DNA of 64,000 nt from a virus. Numbering within the stretch: the first letter of the stretch is position 1; every line of letters starts with the position of its first letter. Location: the IMG/VR virus record IMGVR_UViG_3300036791_001056, positions 82,954 through 146,953 of that record. One strand, written 5' to 3'. Made by a program: the position numbers and the translations under genes. Under the pieces are notes generated by a model. The model had not been told where the DNA came from. It was given only the letters and a program-made list of their open reading frames with translations, and ran no database searches. This document shows, one piece after another, positions 45,512 to 55,292 of this stretch.

Positions 45512-46842
45512 ACACGCAGCTTCTGAGCAGCCACGAGGGCCTCATCCAAGCTGTTGCTCTCCTTGCAGGCCTCCATGACGTCCGCTGGTGACAAGCCCGA
45601 GAGGTCCTCGTTCAGCGCGGCAGGCGCACTGAAGTAGTAGCTGATGATGGCGTGCGCCTGCTGGTTCGAGCAGAGCCCGAAGTCCTCCCGCCGGTCCACG
45701 CGACCGGCCCGGATGACCGCGTCATCGAGCACTGAGAGGTCATTGGTGGTCATGATGGTGATCAGCCCGTGAGGCGTGGTCACGCCGTCCAGGGCATTCA
45801 GGAGGCCCGCGAGGGTCACCTCGTGCGAGTCATCGCGAACCCGGGCCGCGTGGAAGACGTCCACGTCCTCCAGCAACAGCACGCTGCGGGTATCGATCTC
45901 AGCGACGCGCTTCAGCAGGTCACCGTCCTTGCGGATGTCGGCCAGCGGCAGGTACGAGAGGTCGAGGCCGAAGTGCCCAGCGAGCGCTCGGGCCAGTGAG
46001 GTCTTACCGGTTCCCGGCGGGCCGTTGAAGAGGTACCCGCGGTGCCAGGGCAGGCCCCGGTCGATGTACCAGGCCTCAGCATCCAGGAACCGCTGCACGT
46101 CCGCCAAGATGCGGTCGAGCTGGCCGTCCGGCAAGATCACAGACCTCAGCGGCCGCACCGGCATGTCACTAATGCGGTTCCAGCCTCCCCAGTCACCGTA
46201 GATCTTGATGGCAGGCACCCGCTCGGTCTCGGTGCTCTTCCTGATGACCCGCCTCAGCTCCACCAGCAGCGCGTCACGGGCTGTGATGGACGTGGCTGTG
46301 AACACCATCTCTGGCGGCTTCCACATGCCGCCCTCAGCTGACTGCGCCTGCTTACCGCCCTGCTCGGCCGTGGTCACCTCGATCTTATGATCGCCAACCA
46401 CGATGACCTGCGCCGACTTGCTGTCGAACTCCAGCCCCAGTGTCATGGTCTGGCGCTTCCCGGGGTAGTTGCTGTCCCACATCGAGTAGGCGACCAGCGC
46501 GCGCTGCCGCGCTGGCGGCAGCAAGCTGAGGACCCAGAGGTGCACGTCCTCGTAAGAGGCGTCTGAGCCGGAGATGCGCACTGTGTACGTCATCCAGTCA
46601 GCGTACTTACCCCGGGCCCGGCCGTACAGTGGCTTAAGCGCCTGCCCGGCGGCCACAGCCAGTGCCAGGCGCGGCCACCGCTGGTGCAGCAGGCCGATCA
46701 GGTCCTTGGCCGGCGGCCGCTGGCTGCTGGCGTCATCAGCTGGATCATGATCATCATCAGCCGGATCCCACGCCCGGTGCGTGCTCTTCCTCTGCCTGAT
46801 CAGCGCTTGGTTCCGAGCGCGCCATACCCGATGTCCGGTCAT
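45505..46842 (-). CDS. BCS1-like AAA+ ATPase
   Basis: RGYLFNGPPGTGKTS, LLLEDVD, TLAGLLNALDG, MTTN...LD.A.IRAGRVD; N-terminal hydrophobic segment. Confidence 0.85.
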   Translation of the reverse strand: MTGHRVWRARNQALIRQRKSTHRAWDPADDDHDPADDASSQRPPAKDLIGLLHQRWPRLALAVAAGQALKPLYGRARGKYADWMTYTVRISGSDASYEDVHLWVLSLLPPARQRALVAYSMWDSNYPGKRQTMTLGLEFDSKSAQVIVVGDHKIEVTTAEQGGKQAQSAEGGMWKPPEMVFTATSITARDALLVELRRVIRKSTETERVPAIKIYGDWGGWNRISDMPVRPLRSVILPDGQLDRILADVQRFLDAEAWYIDRGLPWHRGYLFNGPPGTGKTSLARALAGHFGLDLSYLPLADIRKDGDLLKRVAEIDTRSVLLLEDVDVFHAARVRDDSHEVTLAGLLNALDGVTTPHGLITIMTTNDLSVLDDAVIRAGRVDRREDFGLCSNQQAHAIISYYFSAPAALNEDLSGLSPADVMEACKESNSLDEALVAAQKLRVC

Positions 46843-46855
46843 GATAATAATTATA

Positions 46856-47329
46856 TCACCATGAGACTGTGAACAGGCGCTGGTTCATGTGATCTCGCAG
46901 CCACACCACGATCTCCGGGTCACCCCGGTCCATAACGGTGTCGTACCATGAAGCTCGGGTGTTGGGAATCTCTGCCGCCTCGAGGATCTGCTCCAACAGC
47001 TGCTCATCGAGCAGCGGCAGGTCCTCCCCGATGATGTCGTGAACCTGCTGGACTGCCTCAGGAATGTAACGATCATCACTGAAAAGAGCCGCCTTGAGCC
47101 ACGACACCCTGCCGACCCAGACGCTGTCTGATCTGGTGACGCGCTCTTGATGCGGGCACCTCCACGACTTGGTAACGCCGTCAATGCACCGGTCAGCGGC
47201 GTGCCACCGGAAGTGCTTAGAGCCGAACATGTGCCCGAAGAAGCAGCACACGTCATCCTCACTGAGCTCACCCAGCGCGTGAATGTGCAGGTCAGCTGCC
47301 ACTGAGATCCTCCTGCTCCTTCTCTTCAC
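46856..47329 (-). CDS. Hypothetical protein
   Basis: Operon position; VWVGRVSWLKA motif. Confidence 0.6.
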   Translation of the reverse strand: MKRRSRRISVAADLHIHALGELSEDDVCCFFGHMFGSKHFRWHAADRCIDGVTKSWRCPHQERVTRSDSVWVGRVSWLKAALFSDDRYIPEAVQQVHDIIGEDLPLLDEQLLEQILEAAEIPNTRASWYDTVMDRGDPEIVVWLRDHMNQRLFTVSW

Positions 47330-47537
47330 CCGATATGGTCATGTGCCGCAGCAGGTGCTGGACGTCCAGGTAATCGTGCATGAGCTGCGTAAGCCGCCCA
47401 GGCTGGCTGCCCAGCTGAGGCGGCCCCACGCCGGTGAGCCGCGCGCTCATCCGGCTCTTCAGCCGGTCCTGCTCAGCCAGCAGCTCTTCCGTGGCCAGCT
47501 GCCCGAGCTCAGCGAGCCGGCACTTGATGATGCTCAT
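47292..47537 (-). CDS. Hypothetical protein
   Basis: GGAGG RBS; coupled. Confidence 0.5.
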   Translation of the reverse strand: MSIIKCRLAELGQLATEELLAEQDRLKSRMSARLTGVGPPQLGSQPGRLTQLMHDYLDVQHLLRHMTISGEEKEQEDLSGS

Positions 47538-48181
47538 GCGCCTCCACTCTCAGCACGCAGCCGGTCCAGCTCAGCATCGAGCTCGCGCTGCCTCACCTGC
47601 AGGGCGTGCCGCCGCAGCGCCATGAACAGGCGCCCCTGCTCCAGAGCATCATCCACAGCCACGTGCGGCCGCAGCCCCGTCTTATCGATAACTCCCGCGA
47701 TCTTCTTGGTAACATCGCGGGGCAGCCCGTAGTAGCCCGGCCACGCTGCGAGGCCGTCCAGGTAGCTGCGAATGTCGAGCGCAGCGAAGCCGAATGGGTT
47801 CCGGCCCGCGAACTTGTGGAGGTACCAGTTCACAAAGCCGAAGTCAAACGCAGCCGGCCACGCCACCGCGACCGGCCGCTCGGGCAGATCACTGACCCAC
47901 CGGGCGAACCGCAGCATCGCGGCGGGAGCGAGCTGCGGGTCGCGCCGCACCTCAGCGTACGCATCCGGGTGCTGCTGCTCCCACCAGCGCTGCGTGTCCA
48001 TGTCCACACTCGCGCCGGGCAGCGGGCGCAGCTTCTCGTACCACCGCCCGATCTCGTGGTCAGTGGCTCCGTCGAAGGCTACGGCGCCCAGTGAGAGCAT
48101 CGAGTAGATGCCCGGCGCTGGCCCGTCCGTCTCGATGTCGATGGAGACGTACGTCTCTGGCTGCGTAGTAGTAATAGCCAC
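47534..48181 (-). CDS. DEDDh 3'-5' exonuclease
   Basis: SIDIETDGP, AFDFGF, LDIRS, HVAVDDA. Confidence 0.85.
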   Translation of the reverse strand: MAITTTQPETYVSIDIETDGPAPGIYSMLSLGAVAFDGATDHEIGRWYEKLRPLPGASVDMDTQRWWEQQHPDAYAEVRRDPQLAPAAMLRFARWVSDLPERPVAVAWPAAFDFGFVNWYLHKFAGRNPFGFAALDIRSYLDGLAAWPGYYGLPRDVTKKIAGVIDKTGLRPHVAVDDALEQGRLFMALRRHALQVRQRELDAELDRLRAESGGA

Positions 48182-48214
48182 GTCTCTGCTCCGTTCCTAG
48201 TTCATCTGCCGAAT

Positions 48215-48892
48215 CTAGCGAACTATACCACAGAATGGGCACTGGAGCAGGTTAACCGCCTCATCGAGCCTCTTCCATGCGTGCTGGAAGATCACGAACT
48301 GGATCTGAGTGGCGTTGCCCTTCAGCCAGAACGCCGTGTAGAAGTGCCCGGCGATGAGCCGGTTGGTCCCGCTGAGGAAGTAGTGATGAAAGTGCGGGAC
48401 CGACACCGTCCACTTGCTGTCCCGCCACTCGTGAAAGTACAGGACCGTCTTGATCTCCTCCGCCGGGTGATGCAGCACGTCCAGCGTGCGAACGTGCTTG
48501 TCCGTCACCCCGGTCTGGCCAATGCTGAAGTCGGGGTGCGCCGCCAGGCTGATGGCGCCGACATTGAAGACCTTCTTCGTCGGGTCGACGACCCGGTAGG
48601 CGAACCACTCTTGCCACGCGCTCTTCGGCAGACACGGCGCCCACCACACCTCAGATCGGTCAGACGGGTTATCGACCGACGTCAGACACCAGTTATTGTG
48701 CTCGAACGGGTGAACCTGCCCCGTGGTCGTGAACACCTCATGCACATGCGGCACCACGCTCACCGCAGCGCTCGCCGGGGTGATCGCCGGGGTGATCGCC
48801 GCGCAGCTCGCTGCCGCGCTGAGCGCGACCGCTGCCGCCAGCCCTTGCCACTTACTTGTCTTCATCGAGCTCCTCATTTCTCTGGTCATCAC
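48215..48892 (-). CDS. Secreted protein, ricin-like segment
   Basis: Signal peptide; WCLTS...WWAPC...QEW. Confidence 0.55.
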   Translation of the reverse strand: MMTREMRSSMKTSKWQGLAAAVALSAAASCAAITPAITPASAAVSVVPHVHEVFTTTGQVHPFEHNNWCLTSVDNPSDRSEVWWAPCLPKSAWQEWFAYRVVDPTKKVFNVGAISLAAHPDFSIGQTGVTDKHVRTLDVLHHPAEEIKTVLYFHEWRDSKWTVSVPHFHHYFLSGTNRLIAGHFYTAFWLKGNATQIQFVIFQHAWKRLDEAVNLLQCPFCGIVR

Positions 48893-49036
48893 GGGCCGCG
48901 CGCCGTTGAGCGCTCGCCGCGCTGCAGCACGCGGCTGAGCAGTAGCGCGCCGTTACCCGCCACAGCTTAACGATACTCTCACATCCTGGCCGGGCGCACA
49001 CCCTCGGCTCACGGCTCGGCCGCTGCGACTGGCTGC

Positions 49037-49339
49037 TCACGGCTCATCCGGGTGCTGCAGCCTCTCACCGTCATCAGGCAGCACGACTCCCATCACGTGA
49101 CTCGTTCCATGTACCTCGCCCGCATCAGCCAGCACACCTCGCAGCCGGTCAACCTCCGTCATAAACTTCCCGAGATCACTGACGACCAGCTTGACGACCC
49201 CGTCATGATCTCGGTTCAAGGTGTGTGCCACGATGCAGCCACTGAGATCACGCGTCGTAACGCAGACCGCGAGCGGCCACTCATCGGCATCGAGCTGCGC
49301 CAGCAGCTCAGCCAGGGCAGCTTGCGCCCACTCACTCAC
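49037..49339 (-). CDS. Hypothetical protein
   Basis: Operon position. Confidence 0.5.
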   Translation of the reverse strand: MSEWAQAALAELLAQLDADEWPLAVCVTTRDLSGCIVAHTLNRDHDGVVKLVVSDLGKFMTEVDRLRGVLADAGEVHGTSHVMGVVLPDDGERLQHPDEP

Positions 49340-49359
49340 AGCTTCGCACCTCTCTGAAG

Positions 49360-49419
49360 GCTCTGCTTTGACACGCTATGCTCGTCTTTGCCATGCTTGT
49401 CTTTGCTGCGGATAGTTGA
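49360..49419 (-). ncRNA. Pentamer AGY-NN array, 12 units
   Basis: Plus strand gctct gcttt gacac gctat gctcg tcttt gccat gcttg tcttt gctgc ggata gttga; fills an intergenic gap. Confidence 0.7.
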
Positions 49420-49420
49420 C

Positions 49421-50137
49421 TCAGACCCGGATGACGCTGGCGCGCCGCGCCGCGACCGAGTTGCTGGCGCCCGCCGGGGCCTCACCCACCTCGGACGCTG
49501 CAGCCGGGCCGTGATCGCGCTGCCGGGTGAGCGCCGCCAGCGCTTGGTCAATGCTCCCGGCGAGCTCATCACCCACGCTCTCACCGTTGATCATGAGCTG
49601 GAACGGGTGATCTCGCGGCATGCCCCAGCGCCTGTGCCCCATCAGGGCCAAGAAGAACCGGACGGCGTTCGCGTCATCATACTGGATCCCGATGACCCAC
49701 TTCCGGCCGTCACAGCCGCGCTGGACCGGCAGCCCGGTGCGCCGGCTGAACACCGCTGTGAAGTGCTGGACCTCCGCCGGCACCCGCTGCCCGTCATCTG
49801 GCGGCACTGAGTGCAGCGCGCCGCGCATAAGCTCTGGCTGCTGCCACACGTCGATGAAGTAGTCTTGATCACGCCGGAACGCGAACTCCTCACCGTCCAC
49901 CCACACCGTGGCTCCGGCCGGCGCCGCATCAGCGCTCCGGTACCGCGCCTCGAGCCGGACGCGCTCCCCGGTGACGGTGACGACCCACAGGCCTGCCTGC
50001 CGGCAGATCTCTGGGATCACCCCCGTGTACCTCGCCAGGAACGTCATCAGCTTCACCAGTGAGCTCGGCACCAGCTGATCAGCGGGCCCCTTGGGCTTGG
50101 AGCTCACAACTCCATCCTTCCAAGATCTCGAAGTCAC
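49421..50137 (-). CDS. Hypothetical protein
   Basis: Long ORF on the operon strand. Confidence 0.55.
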   Translation of the reverse strand: MTSRSWKDGVVSSKPKGPADQLVPSSLVKLMTFLARYTGVIPEICRQAGLWVVTVTGERVRLEARYRSADAAPAGATVWVDGEEFAFRRDQDYFIDVWQQPELMRGALHSVPPDDGQRVPAEVQHFTAVFSRRTGLPVQRGCDGRKWVIGIQYDDANAVRFFLALMGHRRWGMPRDHPFQLMINGESVGDELAGSIDQALAALTRQRDHGPAAASEVGEAPAGASNSVAARRASVIRV

Positions 50138-50598
50138 GTGAGAGCAGCCCCAGCCGTGGGCTCACCCAGTGCAGCAGAGCAGGCCCCGGATGATGCTCAG
50201 CGGCAAACGCCTCATCGGCTGCGCTGATCTCGTCATCGACCCAGGCAAACGGCCGGCCCGCGGCGTGCTCAATGAGCTTAGGCAGCTTCCAGTGATGTGA
50301 CGACACCCAGCGCTCAGGAATACGCAGCGCGGTCTGAGGCAGCTCGGGCAGGCCGGTCTTCGGCGCTACCCACTCGTTGGCGTCCTGCCACGCGGTGCCC
50401 CACACCAGCTCGAGCGGCAGCGCCAGCAGCCACTCACCGTGGCTTGGGTTCAGCCACACACGCAGAGGCCTCCGCGGCCGGCCGTACACATCTCGCCCGG
50501 CTTGCGGGTACCGGAACGTCTGGTAACCAGCCGGCCGCCCACGGGTTCAGCGGCCCGTCCACGTCCAGGTACAGCAACGGCAGCTCGGTAACGCTCAT
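50079..50598 (-). pseudogene. HAD-superfamily (RNA-repair HAD-like) phosphatase, frameshifted near 50530
   Basis: LLYLDVDGPLNP in one frame; RVWLNP.HG, LVWGTAW, WK, RPFAWVDD in another. Confidence 0.7.
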
Positions 50599-50644
50599 CA
50601 CCTCCGCTCAGCTCGTGTACATTATACCATAAGCGGGCCCAGCA

Positions 50645-51211
50645 TCAGTCATGCGCATACTCCTCGACCTTGATGCTCACCCGGCTCACCGTGATCCGAG
50701 CGTGATCGCCGAAGTGCTCAAGCAGCACGTCATCAAACGCGCCGGAGCCGAGAGCACTCTGCAGCGCGAGGCACCGGTCAAAGCGCGCTTCGTCTGGCCC
50801 GCTGTACTTACTCGTCTTATAATCGCGCTTCCCGAGCGCACCACTGGGCTGGATCCCGTCCCAGACGTTCTCCGCGATCTCATCGCGCTGGGTGTGACGG
50901 GCTGCGCCGCACATGCCGCAGTACAGCTCCTGCTCGGTAAGCGAGTGCTGGCACTGCTGGCACTCAGCGGCCGCGGTGACGTCGCTGATGACCGGCATGA
51001 CCGCGAGGCTCTCGTATACGTTGAAGATGCAGGGCTCACCGTCATTGAAGTACGGCGTGTACTGGTACCACCCGAACCACTCGATGCCGTCGTCATCGAG
51101 CAGCGCCTGCATGAGCGGCGCCAGCTCATCGAGCGGGCGCTGCGGGACGCGGGAGTCCCCCCGGCAGATCTCACCGTCCACTGGGATCCCGAGAAAGCTG
51201 GTGTGACTCAC
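50645..51211 (-). CDS. Conserved hypothetical protein
   Basis: AAGGAG RBS; W.QYTPYFNDGEPC.F...FGDHA.ITV. Confidence 0.7.
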   Translation of the reverse strand: MSHTSFLGIPVDGEICRGDSRVPQRPLDELAPLMQALLDDDGIEWFGWYQYTPYFNDGEPCIFNVYESLAVMPVISDVTAAAECQQCQHSLTEQELYCGMCGAARHTQRDEIAENVWDGIQPSGALGKRDYKTSKYSGPDEARFDRCLALQSALGSGAFDDVLLEHFGDHARITVSRVSIKVEEYAHD

Positions 51212-51242
51212 TTCTGCGCTCCTTTTCTCTCTAATGACTGCA

Positions 51243-51340
51243 GCTGTCCTGTGCTGAGTTAACACTGGGCTATGCAATGCACCGGTGAGCTGAACTTTGC
51301 TAGACTTCTCTACGCTCCTGGCTGGCTGAAGCTGAGCTAA
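51243..51340 (-). ncRNA. Pentamer AGY-NN array
   Basis: Plus strand actgg gctat gcaat gcacc ggtga gctga acttt gctag acttc tctac gctcc, plus flanking units. Confidence 0.65.
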
Positions 51341-51504
51341 GGAAAACTTACATCGAGCGGTGCGCTGGCTCGACGGATACCACCGTGAGTGACCGCGCCC
51401 AGATGGACGGCAGCACCCGCTCGGTGCCCTGCTCCGGGGCACCGGCCCCGCTGAATGAGTTGCCATTCGAATACGTGAGCATCTGCTCTGCCTCTCGTCT
51501 TGGA

Positions 51505-51610
51505 ACTGCGCTGAGCTGAACCTACGGTTAGCTTGACTTAGCTAGACCGAGCTGATCTACGCTCCACTGATCCACGCTGATGTATGCTAAGCTGAGCTAC
51601 TCTCTGCTGT
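51505..51610 (-). ncRNA. Pentamer AGY-NN array, 18 units in register plus 3
   Basis: Plus strand cctac ggtta gcttg actta gctag accga gctga tctac gctcc actga tccac gctga tgtat gctaa gctga gctac tctct gctgt. Confidence 0.8.
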
Positions 51611-51698
51611 GTGTCAAATGAACCCGATCGTGACACCGATCACCATCAGCGCCGTGATCGCCAGCAGCAGCCACACGATCCGGATCTGCCCGCTCTCA

Positions 51699-52271
51699 TC
51701 ACGCACGCTCATCACCCTCAGCTATCTTCACATCGTCATGGCGATGGAGACGCGCATGCTCCAGCTCGATGTCACGCGTTGATATGAGCACAAAGTCGTG
51801 CCCGGCGGGGTACCGGTCGTGATCATGGTGCATGTGCTCGATGAGCGCGCTGCGGTCACCCACCAGTGACCGCAGGTGATCGGCTGCGCTCACCTCAGCC
51901 GCCACTGATAGGCCGAGCGTGCTGAGCCGCTGCTCACGCATCTTTGCCCCGCTCATCCACGGCTTGATGGGCATTCCGCTAATGTAGTCACCCGGCGTGG
52001 GCAGCCAGCCCAAGTCCTCGAGAATGTGCTGCTCCGCGATGAGCCGCACCGGCACCTCGATGAGCCCGCCCGAGGTCTTCTCGAGGTCAACGACCCGGCC
52101 AAACACGCGCTGGCAGAGCCACACGCCGTACGTGTTGTGGAACAGCGCCCGGTGCCGGACGTCGCCCACGAACTGCTTGGAGCTGTCGATCAGCTCTTCG
52201 ATGGCGATGTAGTCGCTCGGATCACCTCCCCACTTCTTAGCGGCTGACCGAGCGTGATACCACGAGTTCAC
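51699..52271 (-). CDS. DUF6915-like protein
   Basis: HARSAAKKWGG...DSSK...D.RHRAL.H...VPVRLIAEQHILEDLG. Confidence 0.7.
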   Translation of the reverse strand: MNSWYHARSAAKKWGGDPSDYIAIEELIDSSKQFVGDVRHRALFHNTYGVWLCQRVFGRVVDLEKTSGGLIEVPVRLIAEQHILEDLGWLPTPGDYISGMPIKPWMSGAKMREQRLSTLGLSVAAEVSAADHLRSLVGDRSALIEHMHHDHDRYPAGHDFVLISTRDIELEHARLHRHDDVKIAEGDERA

Positions 52272-52555
52272 AGCTCCACCCACTCGCTCTCAGCCAGCCG
52301 CAGCCCGGTGCTCGCCAAGACTGCCCACACGTTCGCGGCGCTCAGCTCATCTTCATCACCAGTTCCCGGCCGCATGCTCTCGCTCACCGCGAGCACCACG
52401 CGGCCGATGACCGCGTCACTCACGTCGGGCAGCGCTCGGCGCAGCTCATCAGCAATGGCTGGTGCGATCGTGCCCCACTGCTCTGGGGTGTGCACTGCCA
52501 AGATGTCCGCGAGGGAGCGGAGCTGCGCTCGCTGGACCACTCCGTAAGAATTCAC
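52268..52555 (-). CDS. Hypothetical protein
   Basis: GGAGG RBS; coupled. Confidence 0.5.
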   Translation of the reverse strand: MNSYGVVQRAQLRSLADILAVHTPEQWGTIAPAIADELRRALPDVSDAVIGRVVLAVSESMRPGTGDEDELSAANVWAVLASTGLRLAESEWVEL

Positions 52556-52634
52556 CGCTGTCTTCCTCCCGCAGCGCGGTAACCGAGCACGAAGCCGGTC
52601 ACCAGCGCCACGCTGACTGCCCACACGATCATTG

Positions 52635-53006
52635 CTACCGCCTCCGCCACTTAACAGTCTTCTTCTCCACCCGGCCGGCCGCTGGTGCCACCACCTCTTC
52701 GATTCCCTGGAACAGCACACCAGCGCGTCCCTTGACCTCATCAGTGAGCCACGACTGCTGGCCGTGGTAAAAGCCACTGCGCCACCAGCCCAAGACCGGG
52801 CGCACCGCTCGCCACGTACCGCCCACCTGCGCCGTGACCAGCTCATCAGCGAGCTGCTGCGCCCGCTGCGCGTCTTGGGTGCCGAGGACGATGACTCCCG
52901 ACTCGACCTCAGCGTCATCGTGCAGCATGTAAGCTATCACCCGCAGCGGCTGGTACGTCTTACCGTTGGGCCGGGTGAACGTCTCCGCCCCGAGATCATC
53001 GCTCAT
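52635..53006 (-). CDS. Hypothetical protein
   Basis: GGAGG RBS; TRPNGKTYQP...VLGT motif. Confidence 0.6.
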   Translation of the reverse strand: MSDDLGAETFTRPNGKTYQPLRVIAYMLHDDAEVESGVIVLGTQDAQRAQQLADELVTAQVGGTWRAVRPVLGWWRSGFYHGQQSWLTDEVKGRAGVLFQGIEEVVAPAAGRVEKKTVKWRRR

Positions 53007-53166
53007 GCCGGCTCCTCCGCCTGCTCACGCGCCGCCACCGCAGCGCTGCCGTCAGCAGCACCGCCAGTGCCGCAGCTCCCACGCTGACGACCAGCGTCAG
53101 CATTACCGCCGTGACCGATGGAGGCTGCTGATGCGAATAATACCACCACATCACATCACGCCAACG

Positions 53167-53373
53167 TCATTTGCGCTCGTTTCTGGCCAGTGCTGCGTGA
53201 ATGCCGTGAGAGTAGCCCAGCAGCCAGCTGGCGCGCCCGCCATACTCCATCGGAACGTGATCAGGCATCCGGTCAGGCAGCACCTGCATCATCGCGGTGT
53301 GCCCGTCCAGGTCCAGCACGCGCCGGGCATCGTGCAGGCTGCGCGCCTGCCCCGCATCGTATGCGTCACTCAC
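53167..53373 (-). CDS. Hypothetical protein
   Basis: Operon position. Confidence 0.45.
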   Translation of the reverse strand: MSDAYDAGQARSLHDARRVLDLDGHTAMMQVLPDRMPDHVPMEYGGRASWLLGYSHGIHAALARNERK

Positions 53374-53394
53374 AGCTCACACTTTCCTCATCAG

Positions 53395-54183
53395 TCACAA
53401 GAATGCCAAGTCATTGATGTCCAGCTCACTCATCAGCCGGGTGATCTCACCCTGCAGCCGGCTCATCCGAGCGTGCTCAGCGTCGATTCCCGCCGCCGCA
53501 ACGGCGCGGCGTGCCGCGTTGGCGCTGAGCACAGCCGCCAGCTGCTTAGGCGTGAGCTCATCATCTCGGGCGTTGCCAGTGGCGTAACCGTCTTCGAGAT
53601 CAGCGTCTTGCTGCATCTCATAGTATGAGTTAACCTGACTCTCGCACAGCTCCAGCATGCGCTGGAGCTGGCGGATGTGCTCGAGCCGCTGCTCCGTGAC
53701 CGGGTTTGAGTGCTTAAGCGCCACTGGCGGCTGCCGGCCGATCATCCTCCGGACAGTCATCAGTACAGCTCCAGCCCCGCCGGTCACCTGGTCCACCGCG
53801 TCCGCCCAGTCAGGCCCGACCGCCACGGCCGTCCTGGTGGGCACACCGTGGAACTCAGTGCGCCCCGCATCGGTGATCTCACGGGCCAGCACGCCGGCGG
53901 AGCGCGCCTCAGCCAAGACCTCGAGGAGGCCCAGCTCACCGGGCACCTGGCACACGATCTTCGCGAATGACCCGCTGACCCAGCGCAGCTCAGGCTCGGT
54001 CAGCTGAGCGCTCATGACGATCAAGTAGTACTGCGCCGGGAGCAGAAGATGATTGGCCTGCAGCCGCTCAGTGAGCCACGCCAGCGAGGCGTGAGCGCCC
54101 TGCGCGATCTCCTTGCCCCGCCGCATCCCGAGGTCGCGGCGGATCACGATGACCTGCTTAACCTCACGCTCGGCGCTCATCAC
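53395..54183 (-). CDS. pth2: Pth2-type peptidyl-tRNA hydrolase, apparently joined to the next ORF by a 1-nt insertion
   Basis: KQVIVIRRDLGMRRGKEIAQGAHAS, KIVC, DAGRTEF, T.VAVGP, VDQVTG. Removing one G near 53776 gives the usual ending GLELY* overlapping an ATG. Confidence 0.85.
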   Translation of the reverse strand: MMSAEREVKQVIVIRRDLGMRRGKEIAQGAHASLAWLTERLQANHLLLPAQYYLIVMSAQLTEPELRWVSGSFAKIVCQVPGELGLLEVLAEARSAGVLAREITDAGRTEFHGVPTRTAVAVGPDWADAVDQVTGGAGAVLMTVRRMIGRQPPVALKHSNPVTEQRLEHIRQLQRMLELCESQVNSYYEMQQDADLEDGYATGNARDDELTPKQLAAVLSANAARRAVAAAGIDAEHARMSRLQGEITRLMSELDINDLAFL

Positions 54184-54346
54184 CCGGCCCGCCTGCCGTC
54201 CTGGAACGCCCGGTCATACAGGTCACGCAGCCGGAGCTCACCTGCCTCATCAGCCGTTACCTCTCGGATCACAGTCTCACGGCGGTGATCGTACGGCTGA
54301 TCGCGCAGCCACGACTCGTCACGCAGCCACTCATCACTGAGCTCAG

Positions 54347-55000
54347 TCATGCTACCGGATCACTCTCTGACTCGTGGCCAACGCAGAAGTCAGGCCCATT
54401 CTCCGGCTCGCAGTCCAGGGTGTGCGGCGGCGCCGGCAGGTCGCGCTCGCCGCGCTCCTCCCAGCCGATGCTCCGGCCCAGGTTGAGCACCTGCCCGATG
54501 AGGCTCTTGACGGCGAGCTCCGCGCGGCTCTCCTCAGCGCGCTCCGGGATCCGGAGGTGCGCCAAGATCTGGCTGGCGAGGTCATCGAGGCGCAGCCGGT
54601 CAGCATCAGCTCCAGGAGCGTCATCGAGACCTCGGTCACGCATGATGCCCCAGAGCGGGCCCGCGGTGAACTCGACGGCGCTGGCCCACTCTTCACCGCG
54701 CAGCTCACGGATGAGCAGGTGGATAACCGCGGCGTACGGGTGATCGACCGCCTTGCGGAACGCGGTGTGGAAGCCTTCTCCCAGCAGCGAGAAGAACGTG
54801 TCGTAACCGACCGGTGAGCCGGCCACAGACTCCTCCGAGCGCCGCTGGCTGTAGCCCGCAGCACTGCCCTGATTCCAAGCTGAGTGAATGACCCGCCTCA
54901 TCAGCCGGTCACGCTCCACGCCGCTGCAGGCGTTCTCAGCGACCTGCAGCGCCTGGTGAATGAGAGCGCGCTGCTGCTCAGCGTCAGCGAGGCTAGCCAC
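54347..55000 (-). CDS. Hypothetical protein
   Basis: Long ORF on the operon strand. Confidence 0.55.
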   Translation of the reverse strand: MASLADAEQQRALIHQALQVAENACSGVERDRLMRRVIHSAWNQGSAAGYSQRRSEESVAGSPVGYDTFFSLLGEGFHTAFRKAVDHPYAAVIHLLIRELRGEEWASAVEFTAGPLWGIMRDRGLDDAPGADADRLRLDDLASQILAHLRIPERAEESRAELAVKSLIGQVLNLGRSIGWEERGERDLPAPPHTLDCEPENGPDFCVGHESESDPVA

Positions 55001-55292
55001 GGTGAGTCACCGCCGTCACGGCCGCCGCCTCCTGGCGCTCCAGCCAGAACTTCGCGCCGTTGATCTCGAGCTCGATGCGCCCGTCACTGGGTGTGTTCCG
55101 GTAGATAGCATCAGCCAGCTCGCTGGCACCGGCCTGGAACCTGGCCACGATCGCGATGACGCGGCTCTTACCGAGCCGGGCGCCCGGGATGCGCTCTCGG
55201 CGGAGCATGACCGCACCGGCCTGCAGGCGGTCGATGCAGCTGCTCAGCTCGCGCGGCAGCCGGCGCATCGATCCCGCGAAGTCTTCATGCAT
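54993..55292 (-). CDS. Hypothetical protein
   Basis: GAGGAG RBS. Confidence 0.5.
   Translation of the reverse strand: MHEDFAGSMRRLPRELSSCIDRLQAGAVMLRRERIPGARLGKSRVIAIVARFQAGASELADAIYRNTPSDGRIELEINGAKFWLERQEAAAVTAVTHRG

Noticed and set aside
51212-51466. N-terminal extension of ORF 50645..51466, and ORF 57065..57460, running through arrays
   Set aside because: A better RBS and start exist at 51211; the translations through the arrays are not protein-like.
53395-54183. Novel Pth2 fusion protein
   Set aside because: A single extra G explains the join; two coupled genes are more likely.
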